A stretch of 64,000 nt of DNA from assembly GCF_001447785.1 (NCBI RefSeq), contig NW_015176087.1, positions 30,411 through 94,410 of the forward strand, given 5' to 3'. The position numbers were made by a program, and so were the translations under genes. Within the stretch, counting starts at the first letter, position 1. Each line of letters starts with the position of its first letter. The notes beneath the pieces are model-generated. The model was not told the origin of the DNA and ran no database searches. It was given only the letters and a program-made list of their open reading frames with translations. The stretch is from Gekko japonicus (Eukaryota). Below, one piece after another: positions 11,976-23,695 of the stretch.

Positions 11976-12887
11976 CTAGTCAATCAGTTTCCACAGAGCT
12001 CCTTTGATATCTTTGTTTCTCATGCTATATATTAAGGGGTTCAGGAATGGTGGAACGACACAATAAGCTACAGCAGCCACTAGATCCACCTTTGATGGAG
12101 TCCTGTTGGTTGGTCGGAAGTAGGCAAAGACACCAAAGGAATAGAACATGAAAAGTACAATGATGTGGGGCAGGCAGGTAGAGAAGGCCTTTTGCCTTCC
12201 CTGCACAGATGGGATTCTCATCACTGCTTTGAAGATCTGCACATATGAAATAAGGATGAAAAGGAAGCAGCTAAAATATAAGCAACCAGTTAGGATAATA
12301 GCTCCAACTTCAAGGAGATACATGTGAGAGCAAGTGATCTTTAGCAGTTGTGGGATTTCACAGAAGAACTGGTTGATGACATTGGAACAGAAAGGGCTTG
12401 CAAATGTTGCTCCAGTATGTAAAGTTGCTGTCAGAAGGCCAAATGTCCATGCAAAGGCTGCCATTTGGACACAGGCAACTCTGTTCATGACAGTTTCATA
12501 ATGCAGTGGGTGACAAATGGCAGCATAGCGGTCATAGGCCATAACTGTCAGGAGAAAGAATTCAGATGCTCCAAAGAGAACAAAGGAAAAAGTTTGGGCA
12601 ACACAATGAGAATACAAAATCCACTTCGTTTTCATTAAGGAATTGGCCATAACTTTGGGGATGGTGACTGAGATGTATCCAAGGTCAACAGCAGATAGAT
12701 TTAAGACAAAGAAATACACTGGAGTATGGAGGTGGTGGTTGAGAACTATTATGGTGATGATTATAAGATTCCCCATCAGAGCCACAATATAAGTTATGAA
12801 AAATATCATAAAGTATAAACTTTGCACCTCTTGGGCTTCAGAAAAACCTACAAGTAGAAAGTACGTTATCGTGCTTTTGTTGGGCAT
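11976..12887 (-). CDS. Olfactory receptor, class II, OR14-like (OR-1), 303 aa, intact
   Basis: Single-exon ORF with OR motifs GNLIII, LHTPVYFF, MAYDRYAAICHPLHY, FFCEIPQLL, KAFSTC, PFLNPLIYSMRNKD and an N-terminal NKS sequon. Splice acceptor 29 nt upstream of the ATG. Confidence 0.96.
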   Translation of the reverse strand: MPNKSTITYFLLVGFSEAQEVQSLYFMIFFITYIVALMGNLIIITIIVLNHHLHTPVYFFVLNLSAVDLGYISVTIPKVMANSLMKTKWILYSHCVAQTFSFVLFGASEFFLLTVMAYDRYAAICHPLHYETVMNRVACVQMAAFAWTFGLLTATLHTGATFASPFCSNVINQFFCEIPQLLKITCSHMYLLEVGAIILTGCLYFSCFLFILISYVQIFKAVMRIPSVQGRQKAFSTCLPHIIVLFMFYSFGVFAYFRPTNRTPSKVDLVAAVAYCVVPPFLNPLIYSMRNKDIKGALWKLID

Positions 12888-13776
12888 TTCCTCCTCAGGA
12901 GATTCTGATGTGGCCTCTGCAATGGAACAGCCAAGAAAATAGTTACATGTTCAGACAGAAAATAAGGTCTGGTCACCTGAACCAATGAAGGTAAATGTTT
13001 CTCAACATCCTCAAGGTCCTGTTCATCTCATGGAACCTACACTGAACTGTGTTTAACTCAAATGATCTAAAGTCATTTGTCCAAATTACACAAAGTTCAC
13101 TGCACTTAAAGACTTGATGTTTTGAAATGTTGTTCAGCATCTTAAAAATCCTTCTAAAGAACTGACAGATTTCTGTTTCTGAGTCATTACTTTTGTAAAG
13201 TACTTTTGTAAAGTTCTATTGCAATTATGTGCGGATTCTGTGTAAGCCACCCTGAGCTGGCCTTGGCTGGGAGGGTGGGGTTAAAAATTCAATAAATAAA
13301 TAAATAAATAACATAAATAACATAAAAATAAACTTTATTGCATTGGCTCAATGCCTTAGCAAATAACACCAAAAGGTTTCAAAGTCTGTAAATTGCTTTT
13401 TTGTTGGTGTTGGTTGTTGGTCCAGATAATGGAATATATGTTTGGTGAAACATAAAAGCAAAGGTATTGATCCTTTTTCTCTAGAAATCCAGATATGCTA
13501 CATATCAAAACCTTTTAAAGTTTGTGGAACCCACACTGAAACCTGGTTAACTAAAATGGTCTAAAGGCATCTATCCAAATTAGACCAACATTCACTGCAC
13601 TGAAAAACTTAATGTGTAGAAATGTTGTTCCACCCCCCTCATTTCCTCTCATATTTATATGTATGCCAGAAGCCACTCTTCATTTAGCATATGATAGCAA
13701 GCTACATGAGTGGGTATTATAAGATACTGAAAAAGACTACAAGGAAGAAAAAATGAGTACAGCCAAGGAATGAAAT

Positions 13777-13870
13777 TTCCTTCCTTCTTTCCTTCCTTCC
13801 TTCCTTCCTTCCTTCCTTCCTTCCTTCCTTCCTTCATTCCTGCCTTCCTTCCTTCCTTCCTTCCTTCCTC
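13777..13870. repeat. (TTCC)n microsatellite
   Basis: Direct inspection. Confidence 0.95.
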
Positions 13871-15019
13871 CCCAAAGAGGCTCAAGTTGACCTACATCCC
13901 AGTATACTGGCTGGCATACCAATTTAAACAACACAGAATGTAGACAATCAAAAATCACAGAAACACAGATGCTAAAATCTGGCCAACACAATGCAAACAA
14001 ATTTTAATACAACCCAGAAAACAGCAAAGTCTTTTTGCAGAACAGAAATAACCCAACTGTCGCCTACTAACCTTCTCCTGCAAGCTGTTCCATAAACTTG
14101 GGGCAGTGACCTAAGAGGAACACACCTCTTTAAAGGATGGAACAGAAATCAGGATTGGATAGGAGAAACACAGTTGGTATGTGGGTTTGTGTAGGTTGAC
14201 AAGATTTGCTTTCCCTGTAGATTTCTTGTTACACCACATTCTTACCCTCTCTGCTGTACCTTTGTACAGTGTTCCACTTCTGAAGAAATTGTCACTCTAT
14301 CCATTTGATATTCTGCACCTCAGAATAGTGCAGTAGTAACAAAAGATCTGACTGGAAAGAAGCTTTATTCATAATGTTTGAGTGTTCAAAGATTCATTCC
14401 CTGAGGCTAGCAAAGCTCAGAAGTGGAAATTGTATAATTTGTGTACACATTTAATGAAATTGAAAAGAAGACCCAGACAAACTACTAATCTATAGTGCTG
14501 GTGTGAAGAAAGTCTAAACCTTTGACCTCCTCTTTCAAGCATATTACTGGACTTTTATGGCGTCAGGGCTGTCAGATAATGGGAGTGGACTGTATCAGTG
14601 CTGTTTCATTATTTACGGCCTACCCAGTCCTATGGCCAGGCCTTTTAAAAAACTGGTTGTTCCATGACATAGCAGTGTGAAACAAGACAAAAGGGCCCTG
14701 CAACATCCAGACAGAAAGTATGCCAAAAACTCCTGTTTGGCCCTAAAATGGCTGGCTAATCCCACACTGGATACATTTTTGGCTTGTATGTTTTTTAATG
14801 TATTTTATTTTATGTGTTTTATCTATACTGTAAATCGCCTTTAGCTCTGTAAGGATGACAGGTGGCTAATAAATATTTTAAATAAATAAATAAAGGTCAG
14901 GGGCTGGGGAAACCCCAGAATGCAATTGCCAGTTGATGGGCAGATTATGTATTTCCCCACCAAAATTCCTAGTAGTTGGGACAAAATGGTCCTGACACAA
15001 CAGGGCCCTCACCTCATGG

Positions 15020-15730
15020 ACCTTATTTTTGTGGTTTCCTTGGTTTTTCTTTTGTAGTGATTATAGTATTGGTGATACAAATCTTTCCACCACCACCACC
15101 CAAGAAAACCCCTACCCAGAACCACATTGTATTCTTACTGTCATCCTGCTATTCATTTGAAAGCCTGGAAAGATGACACAGCTTCTGTGGCAAGTGGCTT
15201 TTGGCATTATTTCCCCTGTTGCAGTTCTTTATGTTTTTGGCAAAAAAAAAACCATGTGCACAAATTGTGGGCCTGGTCTTCATGGCCTCAAACCAAGGCA
15301 GCAGGAGGAGGAAGTTGCTAGGGGAACACACATGCAGCATGGTTGTCCTTTGTTGTATTTGTATTATATGGTTGGTGACCCCAACTCCATTCCCATTCTC
15401 AACATGCACTCATATAATGGGGAAATCATAGTAGAATGTAATCAAGTGTCCTTCTCCATATTCTACTTTTTATGGGGCTCCCTGGATTTTCCAGCCATCA
15501 TGATCTTCACTGTAACTTTTCTGGTCAGCATGCTGTTGTTTTACAGCATTGGAATCTTCTTTATACCTGAGGACCAAGGGGCAATTTATTGTGGCTTGGA
15601 AGGTTTTTGCCATATTGGCCTCCAACATTGGTCTATTGGCTCCTTTCTCCCCAAATGTTACATTATTATTCCTAACTCCAGAAAGTTTCTAATAAAAAGA
15701 AAAGAAAAATTAAACCTGAATCCAAAATGG
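15020..15730 (+). pseudogene. Vomeronasal type-2 receptor (V2R, class C GPCR) 7TM-exon remnant
   Basis: Across frames it reads LLFI*KPGKMTQLLWQVAFGII, LAKK..VGLVFMASNQGSRRRKLLG, ICIIWLVTPTPFP, NMHSYNGEIIVECN, TKGQFIVAWKVFAILAS and PKCYII, all V2R 7TM signatures. Has frameshifts, a stop, and loss of the LPDxFNEAK segment. Confidence 0.88.
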
Positions 15731-16159
15731 TCTTGTTTTGTGTGGTTTTGTCTATAATTATTCCTCTTCCTATGACATTTCATTGCAAGGAGACAAGTGT
15801 AAAGGCAATGGGTCTGATCCACCCAGCCTTTTTGTTCAGTTTCTTCCAGTTTTCCTTACTACAGTGTCCATTCCACATGGCTTTTGTCCATGCTGGTCCC
15901 AAGATTCCCAGCATAGCTTTTTTAGTGGTCAAAGGGGAACTCCTTTCTGCATGAATGCAAGCTATTGTGTGGATATTACTTTAATTTATTATGTATCTGA
16001 GTTCTACAGACATAAGTTTCAAAGTAAATTCTGAACTTCAGAACTTAGAAATGTATAATGAGTAGCTCTCCCCCTCTGAAAAACTACTCAGTGTATCCTG
16101 AGTTGGGGGGGAAATGTTAAAAGTGGTTAGTTTGCAAGTGAAAATGACAAATTTATTTT

Positions 16160-17233
16160 TACTTGAAAGCCTTCAAAGTGCTGTCATGAACTCTTTATTC
16201 CTCATGCAGTAAATGATAGCATTGAATAAAGGGAGAATGACTGAATTTAACACAGCAAGTACAAGACCTAAATCTGGTGGAGACACATGATTGCCTACCA
16301 AATAAACAGTGCTTCCACTGATGAGAAGAGGACAATCAAGTGAAGTTGGTAAATAGGTTCCTTCTTTGTGTAGAAGGGATCTTCAGTAACTCTCTTAAAA
16401 TCTGGAAATAGGAAACAATTATAAACCAAACTCACTATCCCTATAAGAATGCAGGGAAGATAACAGCAGGATCTTCAGGAATATATGTAGGCTTTCAAAG
16501 AAGAACTGGTTCATAACTTTGGAGCAGAAGGTGATTACAAATGTACAGCTAGTGTGTAAGATCTGAACTAGACATTACATTTTGTGAGTTTGCCTGGGTC
16601 ATTTTGGCTGTTGAAAACAGTGGTGGGGGGATGCACTCTTCCTTTCCTCATACTGCTCTCCCAAGCAAAATTGGGTTCATCAGTGCTTTTTGCACAAGTT
16701 GCCACAGGGACTTGGAGTGGCAATATGACAAACTCATGAAAAAATTTAGTTGACTTCTAAACATCTAGTTGATTTCTAAAAGGTCATTAAAGAGGCTAAA
16801 AAGCCTTACTCTAGCTACTCTTGGAAAACAAGATACTTTATTCCCAAGATGATCGTATTGCAATGAGATGCAGTTGGCAACATACTGGCCATAGGCCATG
16901 AGAGTCAAGAAGAAGCATTCCAATGTTATAAAAAGGAGGAGGATGACTTGGTCCACAAATTCAGAATATGTAATTTGTCTGGTTGCTAAAAAGTAACTAG
17001 TTACTTTTGTTATGGTGACTGGGATATTACCAAACTCCATAGTAGCTAAATTCACCAGGAAAAAAATATACTGGAGTATGAAGATATTGGTTGAAGATTA
17101 CAGCAACCATCACCAGCAGATTTCCAGTCAGGGCTGCCAGACATATGATGAAAAATGCCACAAAGTATAAATTATCTTGGATTTCAAAGAATTGCCAGAG
17201 AAGAAACTTGGTCATGATGCTCTGTTTGGCCAT
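16160..17233 (-). pseudogene. Olfactory receptor pseudogene (OR-2p)
   Basis: Reads MAKQS..GNLL..LHTPVYFF, then frameshifts at the A-run near 17060. Later pieces read MAYGQYVANC, LHTSCTFVITFCSKVMNQFFFE, IIVSYFQI..KIPST and PLFNAIIYCMRNKE..AL*. The sequon and DRY are lost and a 217-bp insertion interrupts it. Confidence 0.93.
16560..16776. mobile_element. MITE (PIF/Harbinger-like) inserted in the OR pseudogene
   Basis: TAA on both sides (16557-16559, 16777-16779) and imperfect aactaga/tctagtt termini. Removing it restores N-D-L-L-H-T-S-C. Confidence 0.7.
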
Positions 17234-17447
17234 GCCATTTTCAGGATTCCCTGTGGGGTGTTTCTGTTAAAGAAAGCAGAGAAAGAAAAAGCAGAAAATA
17301 GAACACTGAATCTAGTAGACCTTATGCATGTTTGACAAAAGGAGATTTCGTTGTAATAATCTATGACATAAATTGCAGACTATCTTGCACTGATTTCCAT
17401 GTACCAGTAACTTAGTGATACTCCAAAGTTTTTCAATTTGTTTCATT

Positions 17448-17809
17448 TTTTGTTGTTGTTGTTCAGTCGCACAGTCGAGTCCAACTCTTCGTGACCCTAT
17501 GGACCACATCACGCCAGGCCCTCCTGTCTTCCGTCATGCTCTGGAGTTTGCTTAATTTCATGTTTGTCGCCTCGATAACACTGACTAACCATCACATCCT
17601 TTGTGGTCCCCTTTTTCTTTGACCTTCAATCTTTCCCAGCATCAGGGTCTTCTCCAGTGAGTGCTCCCTTGTCATTTGGTGGCCAAAGTATTTGAGCTTC
17701 AGCTTCAGCATCTGGCCTTCCAGGGAACAGTCAGGGTTGATTTCTTTTAGGATTGACTGATTTGATCTCCTTGCAGTCCAGAGGACTCTCAAGAGTCTTC
17801 TCCAGCACC
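17448..17809 (-). mobile_element. RTE/BovB LINE, 5'-truncated
   Basis: WTARRSNQSILKEINPDCSLEGQMLKLKLKYFGH..SLEKTLMLGKIEG, a (CAA)n tail, and a 12-bp TSD atttgtttcatt at 17436-17447 and 17810-17821. Confidence 0.93.
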
Positions 17810-19246
17810 ATTTGTTTCATTAATCAACTAAAATTTCTTATTTTACCAATGACCCTAATATTAACTGAGGGGGAAGCCACCATGACTGTCCAGTACCAGA
17901 TATTTGTACTACAAATACAGCAGAGGATACAGTTCTGTGTAGTGATTGGAGTGTTTATCATGGTTAAAAGGAACTATTTTAATTACTCTTTGTCCAATTT
18001 CTGCCTGAAATCCAACAACCCCTTTCCTCTTTTTAGGGTTTTGGAGTCTATTTTGAATCAATTTCATTTTATCAAAGGGAAATCTGAAAAGTGAAGGAGC
18101 AGGAAGGGAGGTACTATAAAATTTTAGAATTTCATTCAGCTGATGCTCAGAGATAAGCAATGTCTTCCTAAAGCTTCATTCCCTCCTGCTAAAGCATCCT
18201 GTGGTGTCCATCAAAAGAAGAAGAAGAAAAAACCCCAACAAGGGCTGAAGTTATCAAAGAGTGTTTAGAGATTTAACCAAAAAAACTACAAGGGGAAATG
18301 AAAGTGACATTATTGTTTTCAAAAAGAAAAAGAATAAAAGGTATCAATGGCTATGTCCTTAAAAAGTGAATTTTGGAAAAAAGAAATTCTTCTCCCCGTA
18401 ATAACATTAGGAGAGGTAGGGTCTGAGAGACCCAGGTTTTAATTTCCACTCTGCCATGGATACTCATTGGGTTGTCATTCTCTCCCAGCCTAGCCTACTT
18501 CACAGGGTTAATGCTGTGAGGATAAAATGAAGGAAGGGATAATGATGTTGTAAATTCCTTTGGATCCCAACTAGATAAAAAAGTGGGGTATAAATATCTG
18601 ACTGGTGCACATGCAAATTCTACTGGAGCAGTAACTATTGTGATCCACTACCAGACTGGACCATCAGAGAAACTTCAGAAGGTCCTAGCTCATCATGCAC
18701 TCCATGCAGAAACGGTCTCTACTCAATATGATTACACTGTCATTAGCAACAGTAAGGGTGGGGTTGTACAAGTCCATTGTTCCACCCCATGCAGTCGCTT
18801 TGCCAAGGGGAATGTACTGGCATTCACTCTAGGGGTTAGACGAAGTTCTATTACCAAAGTTATATTATACTTTTACCTCAAATACATTTCAGTCATCTAT
18901 TCTATGATTTCATTCTTGTATAATACAGTGTAACACTGAAATGTGATCCCTTTAAGAATTAGATGTCAAAAATATACTTATTTACTCTGTTTCTAATTAC
19001 TGAGCTTCATTTCTACCCCATTATTGGATCTAGTAGGAAAGTGGATCGACAATTTAGCATGTGGAAGGACAGAGTATATGAATATTCCCTCAGCATGGCT
19101 TATTGGATGCTAGCCCAAACAGGGAAGTCTTACAAAGTTCATGGAAGTATTATGGATACATTCTCTTTGGGAATGAAGTTACTGCTTATTTAACACAGCC
19201 TTTCCCCCCAGTATATACTTAGGTTGAACAATGAACAAGGGAAATA

Positions 19247-19366
19247 AAAAAATAAGATTGAAAGAGTGATAATTGGGGGGGGGGAATCTTAACTAGTTTT
19301 GTATAGAAAAAAATAAGATTGAAAGAGTGATAATTAGGGAAAAAAATCTTAACTAGTTTTGTATCG
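19247..19366. repeat. ~61-bp tandem duplication
   Basis: aaaataagattgaaagagtgataatt..aatcttaactagttttgtat occurs twice. Confidence 0.9.
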
Positions 19367-20908
19367 ATGTCTTCTAAGCTGTGAAATAATTTCTGATTTA
19401 TATTTGGGTGAGCACTTTATCCATTTATCTGTCATTGTCTGTCTGTCTATCTGTCAATCTCTCTGTGTCTCTACTCCCTATTATGTCACTCCAAAACACT
19501 CCTTCACCTTGTCCTTCACCTTGTTTTTCTGGGCTCACTTGTCTCTCAGTTGTAAAGTGGGTTCTCATTGTAATATCTACTCCCTCTTACCACATTCCAA
19601 GCAGTTGTTTTTTTTAAAAAAAATCTCAAATGTTGATGCTTCAGGTTGGACCCAACCAGCTTTACTTTTGGTGAAAAAGAACTGCCAAACAAAGGCTATG
19701 ATTCACGCTAAAAATCATGTTAGATGGTTGCTGTAATAAGAATATGAATATGGCAAGGTTGAGTGAAAAAGCTGTCTGGGTCCACATTTTCTCTGAATCT
19801 TCTTCTATCCATGTCTACATCATCTACATCACTCTTCTACAACACTTATTGATCTTGTTTTAATATGTTATACATGTATAAAAGTGTGTGAAGTGAGATT
19901 CATGCTGTTTCCAAAGGAGTAGAATATCTTTCTTGGAAGGTTTCAGTATATCTGTTTTGACTTGACCTTTGGAGATAATTCCCTGGAGCCCAATACAGTC
20001 AGTTAATAACACTCTGTGGACAAAGAAATGTATTTAGATTATTAAAGATTTCAAGGAGAGGGAAACTGAGAAAAACAGAGTGCTGGTCTTCATCAGTGTC
20101 ATGCATCATGGCTTAGCCCTGGCACGTGCTTTCAGTTGGAGCATGTGAAAGAATGGGAGGAAATGTTCTGTCCTGAGCTGGTGTAGTATTCCCCTCTTTG
20201 TTAGAAAGAATCTCCACATAGATTTAGACAGAAGGGCTTCCAGATGAAATGGCGGAGTTTCGAGACAGTTTTGAGCCCCAGCATCCTTCTCTCTGTGTGT
20301 ATGTACGTTTAAGCTAGGAAAGGACCACCTATGAGATAGAATGTTCAAACTGATTCTAATCAGTTTTGATCAAAATCAGATATACTTCAGCACTGTATAG
20401 TGGTTATACTAGGTCTGAAATCCCACTCTGCCTTAGGAGCTTACCTGAGCCAGTCACACATTGTCAGCCTAACCTACTTCACAGGGTTGACATGAGAATA
20501 AAAGGCTAAAGGGAAGAATGTTATTAGCCTCTGGAGAGAAACGTGGGCTATAAATGGAGTAAATAAAATAATCCAGTTATTCTCATAATGTACTCATGAA
20601 AAAGAAAGTGTAAACTGAAGTGAGTTTACTTATCACTAAACATGATAAGGCACAGGAAGTTGACTTACAACTGGGGAGTGGGAGGTGATTGAAAAATTAA
20701 GGGGGGAAATGCCAGCTACAAGTAGACCATACATGGTATTTTTGGAAATTGCAGTGACCTGCAAGATATTAGTTTTCATAAAGACACGGGCCCCTAACTA
20801 GCTAAAATTAGTCCCATAGGAAGGCATGCAAATAGTTAATTGTCATTAACACTCCACCCGGTTCATCCAAACTTAGTGATCAGGGCTGTGCAATTTGAAA
20901 ACAAGTTT

Positions 20909-21844
20909 CTAAATGGAACTTGGATTTTTGTTTCTATGTGAAAGCTTCCAAAGTGCAGCTATGATGTCTTTGTTCCTCATGCTATAGATGAGGGGATTCA
21001 TAAAAGGAGGGACCATTGAATATAGCACAGCAAGGAGTAGATCCAAACCTGATGATGTCCTAAAGGTTGACCCCAAGCAAGCATAGAGACCAGTGAAATA
21101 GAACAAACAGAGCACAGCAAGGTGGGGTAGGCAGGTAGTCAAGGCTTTTTTCCTTCCCTGTGTTGAAGGGATATTAAATACAGCTCGGAAAATGTGCACA
21201 TAGGAAACAATGGTGAAACCAAAACAGATTATGCATATCAGCGCAGTAAAGATAAGAGCTCCAATTTCTATGAGGTAGGAGTCAGAGCAGGAAAGCTTCA
21301 GCAGCTGTGGGATTTCACAGAAGTACTGGTTGATAACATTGGAGCAAAAAGGGATGGCAAATGTGCAAGCAGTGTTCAGCGTGGCATCAAACATCCCAAA
21401 CATCCACGCACTGGCAGCCAATTTCATGCAGACTCCCATGTTCATTTCTTTCACATAGTTCAGGGGATGGCAGATGGCAACGTAGCGATCATAGGCCATG
21501 ACTGTCAGGAGGAAGAACTCCGATGCGCCCGCCCAAAAGAAGAAGAAGACTTGTGCCATGCATGCAAAATAGGAGATCGTCCTGGTTTTCATCAGAGAGT
21601 TAGCCATGGCTTTGGGCACCGTGACAGAGATGAAACTGAGATCAATAGCAGCTAAATTAGCCAGGAAAAAATACATTGGAGTATGAAGATGCTGGTTGAG
21701 AGTTACAATTGTTATCATGAGAAGATTCCCAACCAAGGCTGCCATATACATAAGCAAAAAGCCCAAAAAGTGTAAAATGTGCAATTCTGGAATGTCAGAG
21801 AATCCTAAAAGCTGGAATTCACTCACAACACTTTGGTTGGCCAT
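20909..21844 (-). CDS. Olfactory receptor, class II, OR14-like (OR-3), 311 aa, intact
   Basis: MANQS sequon, LHTPMYFFL, MAYDRYVAICHPLNY, YFCEIPQLL, KALTTC, PFMNPLIYSMRNKD. Confidence 0.97.
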   Translation of the reverse strand: MANQSVVSEFQLLGFSDIPELHILHFLGFLLMYMAALVGNLLMITIVTLNQHLHTPMYFFLANLAAIDLSFISVTVPKAMANSLMKTRTISYFACMAQVFFFFWAGASEFFLLTVMAYDRYVAICHPLNYVKEMNMGVCMKLAASAWMFGMFDATLNTACTFAIPFCSNVINQYFCEIPQLLKLSCSDSYLIEIGALIFTALICIICFGFTIVSYVHIFRAVFNIPSTQGRKKALTTCLPHLAVLCLFYFTGLYACLGSTFRTSSGLDLLLAVLYSMVPPFMNPLIYSMRNKDIIAALWKLSHRNKNPSSI

Positions 21845-23695
21845 TTACTTCTTGACAAAACTGTATGTTGCCTGTAGGTAGGAAACAAAAACCTTTCATT
21901 GATCTATGTCAGACGTGTACAACTGATACCTCTCCAAACTTGTAGCAGATCAGGATGGTCTGAAATGTCTCATCCCTGTTCTTTCAACTGGAAAAGCTCC
22001 ATTTTTATTTGTCTTCTCTTGTGCAAGGCATACCTGCAGTTCTTTACTTTTCCTTACCATTTCCTTTTCCTTTGCACCATAAAATGTACACTTTTCCACA
22101 ATGTTCTTTATGTGTCATTGAATTAGCATTGTACATGTTATGTTGATTACATATTGAAATGATGCTATATGTATAAATGCTATATAGCCGATACGTAAAA
22201 AGCATATAGCTTGTGCATACACAACAAATGACTCTGCAAGCTTGGAAGCAAAAAAGAAGAATTGAACATGTAGAAGGGGATATAAAATAAAAATAAAAAA
22301 AACCACAGGGAAAATGTGCCTCATCCATAGTGGTGGACCAATATTCATGTATCAAAGTCAATCAAGGTGTTGGTAAAACATCTGTTTAGCTGTCAGATCC
22401 AAGACTACAAAATGAGGGAACGGGAGGTTATCAGGCATATAATCTTCCCTGGTCATTGCATGCATCATTTCAAGTACCACTTCATATTCCTCATATTTCA
22501 CAGGTGAGGCAGTGTTTTTTTTTTGTTTGTTTAAAGCAGCATCTACCTCCTGGCTATATTCAAACACCTTTCCCCTGTCCCTGTCCCCTGTGCCATCAAT
22601 GAATGTCCTTTCTTGACATCCCACAATTTTTAAAATTATTGCACCAAACTTTTTATCTAATTGTTTTACCGTTGGATCCCCTTGACGTGAGGTCCCCCCC
22701 CCCCATCTCATTATTATTTGATACTGATGTTCCTTTTACATGCTACAGCTATTTCAGTTGATCAATTACCCCTTTTTTATTTTAGGTTTTAGGGCTGTTT
22801 GATAATGGGATTGTTTCATTGTTGTATGCTATTTTCTTCTATTGCAAATGACCTTTGTGAAGAAGGTGGTCTTTCAGAAATTGGTTGATTGTATTCAACC
22901 TTGTGAAAGTCTGATTTATTTATTTAAAAAGCTAAGAATCTGTGATAAACCTTTGTTCATTAGGAAACGGAGGAAAACTAATATTCTGCCAGATTTTCAT
23001 CACAATTTTGCATTAATTGTTTTGTCATTATGACCCTCACCCCACTTATCCCATGTGGGTCCCACAACTTTGAACATGCATGAAAGTGGCCCATCACCCA
23101 CATTTTACCAAAGCAAAAGCTATTAGGATACAATCGCTTTCAAACTTGGTGACATCCAACTATTTGCCTGTGGAAATATAATGATGATTATACTTAATTG
23201 CTGAAGTGCTTTCATTCTAACCACTTAATTTCCATAAGATGTATACTACTTTCTGTGGATCAAATATGATGCCCTGTCTTTCATGTGGTATTTTTATCAT
23301 TAAAATAAATATGCATGCTCATAAATAAAAGTTCATAACAGATTTTATTAGTTAATTGTTACCCTTTTAAATAGAAAGATTTTCTAAGGATTTTTTTCAG
23401 TTTTCACTTAAAAAGGAGTCCGAATTCCATAACAACTAAGCGATGGGTTAAATGATAAAACTATACAAATGATAACTGTGCATTCCTTCCATATAAGGCA
23501 TTAGAAAATTTCTTTTGAATGTCAAAGAGAAATGGAGGACAAGCAGTGGATGGCTATTGAGATTATGTCTGGGATCCAGCCAGCTTTTTTTTTGCTAAAT
23601 CTTGCCCAATTCTCTTTTTTACCACAGCCTTTGACACATGGCTTTTGACTCTGTGGGTCTAATAGTCCCCAGCCTGGCCTATTAAGATTGTGAAA

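Noticed and set aside
11940-11990. OR-1 short C-terminus (WKLID*) as a pseudogenising stop
   Set aside because: TM7 and the SMRNKDIKGALWKL helix-8 motif are complete, and 303 aa is within the normal OR range.
13655-14000. ORFs with (KEGR)n repeats
   Set aside because: Translation of the (TTCC)n microsatellite.
15173-15757. 194-aa ORF as a novel membrane protein
   Set aside because: It is a mosaic of in-frame and out-of-frame pieces of a V2R pseudo-exon.
21194-21655. 153-aa antisense ORF over OR-3 (and similar ones over OR-4, -5, -6)
   Set aside because: Shadow ORFs of the coding strand, not conserved between paralogs.
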